From: Setoptus koraiensis | Taxonomy: Eukaryota > Animalia > Arthropoda | Assembly (NCBI GenBank): GCA_048013815.1 | Contig: CM106586.1 | Span: forward strand, 11,594,001 to 11,658,000 | Direction: 5' to 3' | Length of the DNA: 64,000 nt | Shown here: piece by piece, positions 44,434-54,773 of the stretch | Position numbering within the stretch: the stretch's first letter is position 1 | Layout: every line of letters starts with the position of its first letter | The notes under the pieces: generated by a model | Told to the model about the DNA's origin: nothing | Database searches by the model: none | Seen by the model: the letters and a program-made list of their open reading frames with translations, nothing else | Program-made: the position numbers and the translations under genes

Positions 44434-44802
44434 CGAATGTTTTGCGCACAAAATGGTTCTATCAATAATGAACAAAATTAATCTTGTTAAAGATCTAATA
44501 ATTTCTCCACAGCTATTGCACTTCCAGCATAAGCAAAAACAATATACAGCAACCCTACTTTCTTCGAAAACAATGCGAAGAGATAAAAATATTTGGAAAT
44601 GTCAGGCTACATTCATAGTTTTCGAGTCATAACACCGACGTTATGCATCTTCTCTCTGGACGACAGACAGCATGCGAAGAGCAGAGAGCTGCGACTGCAA
44701 TGAGAAAAACCGTAACTTATTATTAATGACTTTTTATTGTCGAAATTATGTCAGAATGACTCGAATGATCATGATCATAATTGGTAAAATCGATTTCGAA
44801 TA

Positions 44803-45354
44803 ATGCTGCTATTAAAATTTGCAGTGGCATTGTTTGCAATACACAGCCACTTGGAAAAGGGCCTCTGCTCTGATCATCAAGAATTGCAACAGCAGACTGT
44901 AAATGGGACTTCAGTTGATGTCGAAACTATTATCAACTTTTCCGAGAATAAGGCATCACCAACAGATCAATCAACTTACACTACTGAACAAGATGGGAAA
45001 AATGTGACATCAGCAACAAGAGAGCCACATCAATCACATCGCCAACCAAGAAATATAGTGCTGGTCGTCATAAAGTTCTTGGCCTATCTATTATTGATTA
45101 CTTCTGTCATCGCTGCTATCATAGCAACATGTAAGACTGTACATTCTAAATTTTTCACCAAATCTGAAACACGAAATTCTTCCACCGGAAAGAGACCCGC
45201 CTCATCTATAATTGGTGTAATCGATAGCGAAACTGGTAATCCCAGCAGCTATCCTGATGAAATAAAACAAAAATCATCAGGTAAAAAGTTCACGGCAGAT
45301 ACAAAAAGCGTCCAAACTCTCCCAAAATCGAACGTAGTCCAGAAAGGATCTTAA
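44803..45354 (+). CDS. Small type I membrane protein (signal, Thr/Gln-rich ectodomain, TM, Ser/Lys tail), 183 aa
   Basis: Signal MLLLKFAVALFAIHS and TM IVLVVIKFLAYLLLITSVIAAIIATC. Confidence 0.7.
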   Translation: MLLLKFAVALFAIHSHLEKGLCSDHQELQQQTVNGTSVDVETIINFSENKASPTDQSTYTTEQDGKNVTSATREPHQSHRQPRNIVLVVIKFLAYLLLITSVIAAIIATCKTVHSKFFTKSETRNSSTGKRPASSIIGVIDSETGNPSSYPDEIKQKSSGKKFTADTKSVQTLPKSNVVQKGS

Positions 45355-45684
45355 TTGTTAGTTAAACTGAAGTAATTGGGGCCCAAGAAGCAAATGGAAG
45401 AAGGAGGATCGCAGGTCTTGTACGTATCACGCAGACGATATTAATGCATAGATGAGATTTTTCTCGCGCTCGTCTGCTGTCATTTACATGTACTTTTGAC
45501 AACAGTAGATTAATGAAGGAACTCACGTGCTTTCACTGGAATCTCAGAGCTCTCACAGATTTTTCTCATCATGAATGCTCAATAGAATAAAATAGTCTTC
45601 GTCTAAAATCGCCAACTCGTTCATGAATATACCGGCACGAATATCTAGACCATATACCAACATGCGGTTTTACCTGCTCGTCGA

Positions 45685-46689
45685 ATGAGACCCCGAACAT
45701 CAAGCCACCATTTCAAGGTTACTAAAGAAGATGCTAAATTAATTGTCCGAAAACTCATACGAGCTTCTCCTATTTTAGTGAACATGGTATTAATTTGCTT
45801 TACAATAAAATATCTCAGGGTTTGGTTAACCAAGATATTGGTTGATATTTTGACATTTATTCTCGGCACGTTGTGGCTTTTGAGCGATCTGATTTCTTGT
45901 ATTTGTACATTGGTTTACTTCAATGATATAGTAACAACAAACTATAGGAAACTAAAGCAAGAAATTTGTTCATGTCAAATCATAATTACAACTGTCGAAA
46001 GTCTTGTTCTGTGTGGTGTTCTATTAGACTTAATTAAATCCAACCAAAATCAATTTATAACCAGTAACGGTCATCATATATTTCAATTGCAACTACTCGC
46101 TCATCTAGCCTACTGTCTCTTTTGCAATCATCGTGAACACTCGACAGTTTTTCAACGAACTTTAGGAATATTACAGGTTTCTGAAACTCACAAGCCATCG
46201 GAAACTGCTGGAGCTACTAAAACTGCCGGAGCTTCCCCAAAAACTGTCAGAACTCGCAAAGCCGCTAAAATACCGAAATCTGCCAATACTCTGAAGACTC
46301 GTAAAACAGCACAGGCCCGTTCTAAAACTGCTAAAGCACGTTCTAAAACCGGCAAAGCTCGTCCCAAAACTGTCAAAGCTCGTCCCAAAACTATCAAAGC
46401 TCGTCCTAAAACCGTCAAATCTCGTCCCAAAACCGTCAAATCTCGTGGTAAAACTGTCGAATCTCTTGACCAAACTGTTCCCTCCGCGTCTATTTCCAGA
46501 GACTTGCCCAAAGTAATGACGAAAAGACGCACAAAGTCTCGAACTACTGAGACTAGCGATTTAGAAATGGAAGGAATAATAGACGATTCACAAGAGATGG
46601 TAAGAAGAAAAAATCGAAGGACTAGCAGTAGAAGCTCACCGGTCAACAGGACGATCAATTTGAATTTTGAGCTCAATGAAGCCATCTAG
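45685..46689 (+). CDS. Hypothetical protein: hydrophobic N-terminal half plus basic heptad repeats R[SPG]KT[AVIG][KE][AS]
   Basis: 334-aa ORF with seven 21-bp tandem units at 46318-46464 and an Arg/Ser-rich C-terminus. Confidence 0.65.
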   Translation: MRPRTSSHHFKVTKEDAKLIVRKLIRASPILVNMVLICFTIKYLRVWLTKILVDILTFILGTLWLLSDLISCICTLVYFNDIVTTNYRKLKQEICSCQIIITTVESLVLCGVLLDLIKSNQNQFITSNGHHIFQLQLLAHLAYCLFCNHREHSTVFQRTLGILQVSETHKPSETAGATKTAGASPKTVRTRKAAKIPKSANTLKTRKTAQARSKTAKARSKTGKARPKTVKARPKTIKARPKTVKSRPKTVKSRGKTVESLDQTVPSASISRDLPKVMTKRRTKSRTTETSDLEMEGIIDDSQEMVRRKNRRTSSRSSPVNRTINLNFELNEAI

Positions 46690-47107
46690 CCAGCTGCAAT
46701 CAATTCCTATAGCAGGCTTTTGGGCAGGGGCTAGATTTCGAGTCATGGGTTTAGGTGGTGGAGCGATATTTCCGAAATAAAAACTTAAGACAACAGAAAC
46801 AAAAAAATCGTATCTTCATCTTTGCCCCATTTTCTATGTGCGTCTCTTGATCGAAATTTCAGGTTGCTTCTTCGTTTTGTCAAATGAATCAATAACAGAG
46901 AAAAAAAGAGATGCGAGTCTCAGATTTAGATTAAATGATTTATTTTCGTCTTTTATTGTTAACAATTAAGAGTGTGCATTGTTGTGTCGTCATTGTCGTC
47001 TTATTTGTCGCTATCGGTCCCGTCGTTTTCGTCGTCGTCGCGGTGGATGTTTTCTGTCTGAAGTATCACCTAGTCCATTTAGTTGCTATCATGGTCAATC
47101 AAACTAA

Positions 47108-47620
47108 TCAAGCTTTGCTTGATTTTGCACTCGACATTCGGCTCGAGCTGGCAATTGTTGAGCGAGCCTTACGCTTTCTTCCGTCGCGTTTTGGGTTGGT
47201 AACACGACCTCGGCCGCTTGCTTTTCGTGATCTTCGTCCGGCAGATGACGATCTGGCACGGCGCGATGCACTAGATCTCGTCTTGCGTCCATCTCTGCCC
47301 GCAGTCTTCTTAACGCCGGCACCAGGGCGTCGACGACCACCAGAAACACCTCGGCGACGACGGTCGGTGCTAGGATCTTTAGCAATGCCTTGTCCTCTTC
47401 CTTTTCGGCCTCTGGCACGTCTGGAACCAGATGTGGACGATGCTGTGCTTCTAGATCGTCGGGTGCGGCTACCAACGTGAGAGCCGGTACCTGAATGTGG
47501 CGAGCCCGATCGGCTACCCATGTTAGAAGTGGCGCTTCTTGATGAGCGTCTTCGGTTTGAGGCTGGCGAAGTAAGTTGGCTGTCTGCGTCTGAGCTGTGT
47601 TGGTTGTCCATTGATGACAT
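47108..47620 (-). CDS. Protamine-like / sperm-nuclear-basic-protein-like Arg/Ser-rich protein (170 aa)
   Basis: ATG-to-TGA ORF dominated by Arg, Ser, Gly and Lys, with Arg clusters (RRRSSRS, RRARGRKGRG, RRRRG). Composition-based call only. Confidence 0.65.
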   Translation of the reverse strand: MSSMDNQHSSDADSQLTSPASNRRRSSRSATSNMGSRSGSPHSGTGSHVGSRTRRSRSTASSTSGSRRARGRKGRGQGIAKDPSTDRRRRGVSGGRRRPGAGVKKTAGRDGRKTRSSASRRARSSSAGRRSRKASGRGRVTNPKRDGRKRKARSTIASSSRMSSAKSSKA

Positions 47621-48776
47621 AACTATAACTTTGATTTCTTTGAACTAACAATAACAAGTGTACTTCTAAGACTTATGATATCTAATCGGATTTGGTTTAT
47701 TTGATGACTTGTAATTTATTTGCTATCTTTTTTTTTCTCGTTATGATGCTCTCACAACCAACAAAAAAACTTGAATGACACTCTTGGTTGGTATCCTAAG
47801 GTCGACCCCTTTGATTTGCCTCAATCTCTTTGACTACTGTCAATACAGCAAGCACACACTCACACTAACTATTTGCGAATATTGTCAAGCTCACTGTATT
47901 CTTCAGTAGTGCTTATGATGTGATGTTGATAGCAATGTTCACGAGAACTAGAACTACAATCTCTGTTCAGCAGTGGAGGATAGCTCACCCATTCGGCTAG
48001 TTAGGCGTTAATCATCGACACACCTCATGTTAGCTTTGCGTGTTTACGATGACATAGACATTTACATGTGTAGCATACCTAGATGATAATTGTCCCTATT
48101 ATATGATAACAATATTTCTCTATTGTACTGTATTAGTGTTAGTTAGAGTAGTAGTTGCAGCAGTAGTAGTTGTAGTTGTACAGTAGTAGTTGTAGTAGGG
48201 GAAGTTGTAGTTGGAGTAGTTGTAGTAGGCTACAATAGTATTGGGGCACAGTATTAACCAGTTGACAGTCTGATTAGCGAGTGACTACGATGCGAGGCTA
48301 CCTATTGGTTAAGCAAAACAATAGCTTGTAATGGGTGCTGTAATTTTTATTTTTCCCGACTGTCAACTTTACTATTACTACAACTAACTAATTCATTAAT
48401 AGTAGGTGCCTGGTGCAGTTGAGTGTCAATAGAGTGTTCGGGCATTTACCCGATGCTTAATTTCGGCTTCGGCTTAATTGAAAAACGACTAACTAGAGAT
48501 TAGAAGCCAGCAAGTACAGTCGATGGTCGCGGATTATGCTAATTGAAACAATTACAATTATTGAAGTCGCATTTGTCACGAGGCAACTTGGACAACAAAA
48601 AGCCAATAGCAAACAGAGGAAAAATGACCATGCCAACTATGATTAATCTTTATGGTTCTATCATAGATTGCACAGTATTATGAATCGCTTGTCAGCTTTG
48701 TATTGTTACGCAACAGGCAATTTTAAACTTTGAATCACACTTTATCCTTTACAATTTGTTGTTGCTTCTCTCAACA

Positions 48777-49712
48777 TCAGGTCACATTAGAGCGATCTGA
48801 CATTGAACTGAGCGTGGTCAGTTTGACACTAGGATTGCCCTTGGGAATTCTAGTTGACGGTATATTTTTGTGAATTTTAGCGGCCCGAGTTTTCAGCGCC
48901 GCCTTGTAAGCCAAAGCTGCCGCCTCCAGGGCCACACCACCGGTTTTCGCCACATTTAATGCTCGTTGGCGTTCTGCGTAATATGTTGGGGAATCCTTAT
49001 CTACTATGGTCAACTTAGCTGCCTTCCTTAATTCGTTTGGCGAAATTTGTTTCAGCGCCTTGGTCTCTCTTATAATTTCACTAAGTATCATGGAATTGGG
49101 ATCTTGAGCGGATAGATCCGGTAAGCTGCCAATATTTGTATCAGGCCTTCGTTGGGACATTTCGTTCGTATTGGCAATTTGACTGAACTGTGGTAAGTGC
49201 TTCTCAGTCGCGTGATCATCCATTTGTTGATCCTGCTTTTGTCTTTGTTGTTGTTGCTGTTGTTGCTGCTGTTGCTGCTGTTGCTGCTGTTGCTGTTGCA
49301 GTAAGAGCAGTTGCTTGAGCATCATTTGTTGTTGTTTTATTAGGGAAGCCTGCTGTGTTGGAGAGTTGTCCATCACGATACTGGTCTGGGGAGAGGTGTC
49401 ATTCGGTTTGTGTCGTCTGCCAATTTTCGTTCGGCGACGAAAAGGGCGACCAACCGAAACACCGTCGACGTCAGAGTGAGCAGCAACGTTCTGATCCTCA
49501 TTCTTGGTATCTAGGTCGGCTATTAATGCTGCATCGGCTTTGTCTACATTACTTTGGGCGTAATCGCCGATACTTTTGGCGCTGGCTTCGAACGATTTAG
49601 CTTCGTCGATACCTTCGTAAATTATCTGACGATCTTTGATTTTGATTATGCCTTTATTTTTCAGGCCATCCATTGGCGACTGCAATCTTTTCTTTAATTG
49701 CGAGCGCGCCAT
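48777..49712 (-). CDS. Hypothetical polyglutamine-containing protein (311 aa)
   Basis: Long ORF with a CAA/CAG tract at about 49245-49297. The ATG lies only a few bases from low-quality sequence, so the 5' end is uncertain. Confidence 0.6.
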   Translation of the reverse strand: MARSQLKKRLQSPMDGLKNKGIIKIKDRQIIYEGIDEAKSFEASAKSIGDYAQSNVDKADAALIADLDTKNEDQNVAAHSDVDGVSVGRPFRRRTKIGRRHKPNDTSPQTSIVMDNSPTQQASLIKQQQMMLKQLLLLQQQQQQQQQQQQQQQQQQRQKQDQQMDDHATEKHLPQFSQIANTNEMSQRRPDTNIGSLPDLSAQDPNSMILSEIIRETKALKQISPNELRKAAKLTIVDKDSPTYYAERQRALNVAKTGGVALEAAALAYKAALKTRAAKIHKNIPSTRIPKGNPSVKLTTLSSMSDRSNVT

Positions 49713-49719
49713 TTTGCGC

Positions 49720-50112
49720 GCAGACGCCGGAGGGTGGTAGGTGTGGGTATGGGGTGTTCTAGTGTATGCAGAATTAATGGGTATTATGTGGGTTTTTTGT
49801 TAGACTGGGGGGTGGTCGGGCCGTAGTGACGCTGTCTGGCCGGGGTGGGGGATGGGAGGCTTCCTTGGGTGGGTTGCATCTTTTAGTGTTTAGGGTTTTT
49901 TTGGTTAACACCAACCCCACAACAACCCACCCAAACACCACAACCCCCACCCCCCCCCCCACCCACCCCCCCCCCCACACCCCCCAACCCCCCCCACCCC
50001 CCCCACCCCCCCCCCCCACCACACACAACCCCCCACCACCCCCAACCCCCCAACACCCCAACCACCCCCCCCCCCCACACCCCCACCCCCCCCCCCCCCC
50101 CACCACACACCC

Positions 50113-50147
<35 letters not shown>

Positions 50148-51733
50148 ACACCCACCACCGACTCACCACACACACACACCCCCACCTCTCTCCCCTCACT
50201 CGTCAAACACAATCTAACACTACACGTCATCCTCACGACCCTCAGACAGCACGACCTCACTCCCCACACACACACCCCACACGCCACTCACACCACAAAC
50301 TCCAAAACCACCACACTACAAAACAGACCATCACGCCACTGCACACACCTCCCTACTCCACACCACACGCCCACCCATACCACTCCTATCACACTCCTCA
50401 CCTCCCCAAGATCACACTAACACACACCCAACCACCTGCACCACTCCCTGCAATAACCATCCCCAACTCCCCAGCCACCCCACTACCGCTCCACACACAC
50501 ATCCCCGCACCCCACCCTCACACTTACGCCCCGCCCAACCCTCGCACTCTCCTACGAACAACAAACCACACCCCGGACCACCCACGCATACACCTCCACC
50601 ACTACCGCCCCCACCCCCAGCACTCCCCACCCACACCAGCACTCCACACACACACACCCCACACTACCCCACTCTCAACCCCACCACATCTTCTCGCCAC
50701 ATCACACACCCCACCACCGCCGCCTCACTCCCAGCCCGCGACACTCACACGCTCGATCACGCGCACCTCACACCACACCCCACCAACCGCCACCCCACGC
50801 ACCCCACTCACCTCGCACAATCATCACTCAGCACACCACGCTATCGCGCACCACCCCGCACGCACACTCACCACGCGCCCTCCCACCACCCCCCACACCG
50901 CCTCATCCGCACTCACGCCTGCACGCATCATCCCTCCCACACTACCCACCCCACCCCCACATACTCACTCCCACCCCACTACCTGCCACTCCTCACCTCA
51001 CTGCACCCCACATACACCATTCGCACGCTCGCTCACTTTACACGCAAACAACACACCCAACCAACTACATAACCTCACACTGCAAACACACCCCACACCA
51101 CACAACCGCACCACCTACCCCGCACCTCCCACCTGCCCTTGTCTCCGCTCCGCCACTCTTTGCCACCTCCTCTCCCACCACAAACCACACACAACCAAAC
51201 TGACCACCGCACACACCAAACACAGCACGTAAGTGCACCACACACAACCACACATCTCAACACACCCCCACACCCACACAACCACACCCACTCAACACAC
51301 ACCCACTACCAACACACACCCAACCACACCCACCACACACCCAACCCACACACTCACACCCCACCCACACCCCCTTCCACCCCCGCACTCACACCCCACA
51401 AACACACACACTCCCTCACCCCCCCACCCCCACCCCCACCACCCACTCACACACAACCCCCACCCACCACCACAACACCTCACACACACACACACACCAC
51501 CACCCACACCCACCCACCCACACACACACTCACCCACCCCTCCCACAACACACACCCCACCCTCACCCTCCTCCACTCGCACACTCACACCCCCACCAAC
51601 ACTCCTCCCCACACACACACACACCACACATCCCCTCACACTCCAACACCACTCACACACCCCGCCCACCCCACACACACCCTCGCTACACACCCCACAC
51701 ACACCTCCACACACACACGACCCACACCCACAC
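49720..51733. other. Low-complexity C/A-rich (locally G/T-rich) sequence, probably an unpolished contig end
   Basis: Abrupt composition switch, long irregular C homopolymers and aperiodic CA runs with very little G, ending at the N gap. Confidence 0.8.
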
Positions 51734-52233
51734 NNNNNNNNNNNNNNNNNNNNNNNNNNNNNNNNNNNNNNNNNNNNNNNNNNNNNNNNNNNNNNNNNNN
51801 NNNNNNNNNNNNNNNNNNNNNNNNNNNNNNNNNNNNNNNNNNNNNNNNNNNNNNNNNNNNNNNNNNNNNNNNNNNNNNNNNNNNNNNNNNNNNNNNNNNN
51901 NNNNNNNNNNNNNNNNNNNNNNNNNNNNNNNNNNNNNNNNNNNNNNNNNNNNNNNNNNNNNNNNNNNNNNNNNNNNNNNNNNNNNNNNNNNNNNNNNNNN
52001 NNNNNNNNNNNNNNNNNNNNNNNNNNNNNNNNNNNNNNNNNNNNNNNNNNNNNNNNNNNNNNNNNNNNNNNNNNNNNNNNNNNNNNNNNNNNNNNNNNNN
52101 NNNNNNNNNNNNNNNNNNNNNNNNNNNNNNNNNNNNNNNNNNNNNNNNNNNNNNNNNNNNNNNNNNNNNNNNNNNNNNNNNNNNNNNNNNNNNNNNNNNN
52201 NNNNNNNNNNNNNNNNNNNNNNNNNNNNNNNNN
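51734..52233. other. Scaffold gap of exactly 500 N
   Basis: Directly visible. The round length suggests a fixed-size scaffolding gap. Confidence 0.99.
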
Positions 52234-52798
52234 TGCTAAATAGCATAAACAAACAAAGCTTTCAGGTATTTAAACTACGTGTGGGCATCTCGACCGGTTC
52301 GGTGATAGCTGGCGTTGTAGGTGCTCAGAGACCATTCTTCGATATATGGGGTGATTCTGTCAATGTAAGTCACATGCTTTTTGTTATTTATGACAATTAA
52401 GATTGCGTAAATCGAATTTGAACCAATGTCTCATGATCTTAAAATCCTGGCTATCCTATTTACAGATAGCCAGCAGAATGGAAAGTCTTGGTCAGGTAGA
52501 CAGAATTCATGTAGCAGACAACACGGCGAAATTATTAATAGATAACTTAGGTGATAGTAAGTACATATAAAACTTGCACATGATTTCTTCTCAGATTTTG
52601 TGTCGTATCACCCGATTAATTTAATACCTATTTATGTGAACTTTTCTAACCTACTGCCGAAAACCACATTTAGATTACCTGATCGCGGAGAGGGGACTTA
52701 TAGAGGTCAAGGGTATCGGTCCAATGAAGACCCACTTTATTGATAGGCGAGACACAATTAATGAATCCAGATGTCAGTCGAGCTCGCCAGGCATATAA
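52234..52798 (+). CDS. 3' end of a class III adenylyl cyclase (C2 catalytic domain); exons <52234-52364, 52466-52556, 52674-52798
   Basis: LNSINKQSFQVFKLRVGISTGSVIAGVVGAQRPFFDIWGDSVN|IASRMESLG...IHVADNT...|NYLIAERGLIEVKGIGPMKTHFI. DIWG is the adenylyl type (guanylyl cyclases have CLFG). N and R of NxASR are intact and the introns are GT-AG. The 5' part is lost in the gap. Confidence 0.92.
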
Positions 52799-53794
52799 AA
52801 CCATAAACAAATCATTCATTTTGAATTCTATTCGAGCCAATTCTCAATAAACATAAAAAGTGAAAGCAATCATAAGCTCACTTCCAGTGGCATCACGAGA
52901 ACATAGCAAATCACATACCGATAGAATCAAATGATCGGCGGTTCACAATTTGGTCTTTCTCGATTCAACACGATTGTACATCTACTTTCACACTAACACT
53001 TAGGAAGCAGTTCACAGATCACTAATACCGGTAGATTGACTGAAATTGATGATACCAGAGAGAATAGAATCAGTTTCGAACTGATTCTAAATTAGTTTGG
53101 TTGGTCAAAACCGATTGCCAATCGGCGATTGAAAAACGAAACTTTGTACCTGTGTAGCAAGATCAAACTTATCTGAATGCATAATCAGAAATTTCTTTGA
53201 TTCGACCGAAGTACAGAAGATTTTTTGCTATCAGAGAAATCGAAAAATGAGGTATGTTTTCATATAATCTTCCATCTCAAATCCCAACTATTAATAGATG
53301 AAGAACCTCAATCCATTATTCATTGAAAAAAGGCGAAAGCTACTCTGATATGATCTGAATAACCGATTGAGGCTGGCAAAAGCTAAAAACTTCGAGTCCT
53401 GCATCCCATAAAAGCCAATTTTAATAGTTTTTTATAACAGATTCGGTTCTCCCTATTTATTTTTTACTAACTAGCCTGTTTACTTAGAGCATTCTCAGTG
53501 AAAAGATTCGATGAAAGAAGCGGACATGGAATTATTCCAACAAGGAAGGGGGTTCACAGTATTGTTTTGACGGCGATTCCTCTAGTTTATAGTATGAATC
53601 AACATCCCTGTGCCATAGACATATTGCACCTTTCTGGTACCATTCGTGGTTGTCTCAAAGAATCCGATAGGCATCATCTCAAGTTTATACCGAAGAGCAT
53701 TGGTGAAAAAATAAAAAACGAACAGTAATGTGGGAAAACCTCAAACACACTCCTATCTTCATATCTGGCAGCGAATTCCAATTTATTCTTATTC

Positions 53795-53904
53795 ACAAAA
53801 AACCAAAAACAGAAATAAACCAGATTTCCGGATTGGTCCAATCTAACCCTATTTTTTGAGAATCGATGACCAAAAATAAAAACACCCCAGAATGAGACAA
53901 TCCC
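53795..53904 (-). repeat. Dispersed repeat family, copy B (inverted)
   Basis: Reverse complement contains GGTGTTTTTATTTTTGGT and AAATCTGGTTTATTTCTGTT, shared with copies C and D. Confidence 0.75.
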
Positions 53905-54008
53905 TTATTGTCAGTCTCATTTTGATATTATTTCGTCGGTGCTATAATTTTCAATCAATTTTTGAAACTATCATCATCTCGTAGTTGGTCTCTCACGCTT
54001 CTCTTGGG

Positions 54009-54416
54009 CTAATAATCTGAATATGCCAAACCATTCTGGAAAAGATATCTTGCAGCTTCTTGCTGATAAGCGACTTTTCTTCCGTAAATGTTTGCAGAAG
54101 CCTCCACCATCTTCTTTCTAGCTTTCGCGGGATCACTGTCGCGTCTAAAGTTAATATAACAACGTACGAGAGCCTGCACGCAACAACATATCACAATGAT
54201 AAGACCAATCACAGCTAACGAGATGGCAAGTATTTTTATTATTAATGTGACAACTGATTTTCGTTTTTCAGTGTTTTCGGTGGTAGATTGGAGTAAGATT
54301 GCAGGAATTTGTTTAGTTTCTAAGCTGGTAGAGATTTCTATGGTTAAGCGATACAGCAATATTACGAGAAATAGTAATTTACAATTGATCATGGTTGAAG
54401 ATGTCATAGATGACAT
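54009..54416 (-). CDS. Small type I membrane protein (135 aa)
   Basis: Signal-like LLFLVILLYRLTIEIS, TM VVTLIIKILAISLAVIGLIIVICCC and a short basic tail. Confidence 0.7.
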   Translation of the reverse strand: MSSMTSSTMINCKLLFLVILLYRLTIEISTSLETKQIPAILLQSTTENTEKRKSVVTLIIKILAISLAVIGLIIVICCCVQALVRCYINFRRDSDPAKARKKMVEASANIYGRKVAYQQEAARYLFQNGLAYSDY

Positions 54417-54773
54417 GGAAAAGAAGAAATATCGCTTGTTCTATAGACATGGATTGAACAGGACCTGATAGGCTTTCAATCAAACCAGCAGAAGGCGCGG
54501 ACTGGATCACGTGATCAAATTATCTCTTTTGTGTTGTTTATTGGTCAGACGTTCTCGCCAAACATACATGCAGTGCACTCATACTTGTTTTCTTAACAAG
54601 CTCCAAAACAATCTCACTAGAGGCATGACTGCAATTTATGCCAATAAATACGCACCCATTTGCAGCTACTAAATCATTGACATGATGCAACCATGGTGGT
54701 ACTTCTCGCTTTCCCTATTAATAGATGCAACCAATAGCGATATAAGCCCAAATTAAAAAAATGTGGTCGAACA

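Noticed and set aside
48130-48260. TAC/ACT-rich tract that translates as Tyr/Asn- or Thr-rich peptides after a possible acceptor
   Set aside because: A degenerate trinucleotide repeat, with no convincing upstream exon or start.
49774-52252. Long His/Thr/Pro-rich and Gly/Val/Trp-rich ORFs (for example 49826-51232, 51139-52239)
   Set aside because: They arise because C/A-only sequence and Ns contain no stop codons; the region looks like low-quality contig end.
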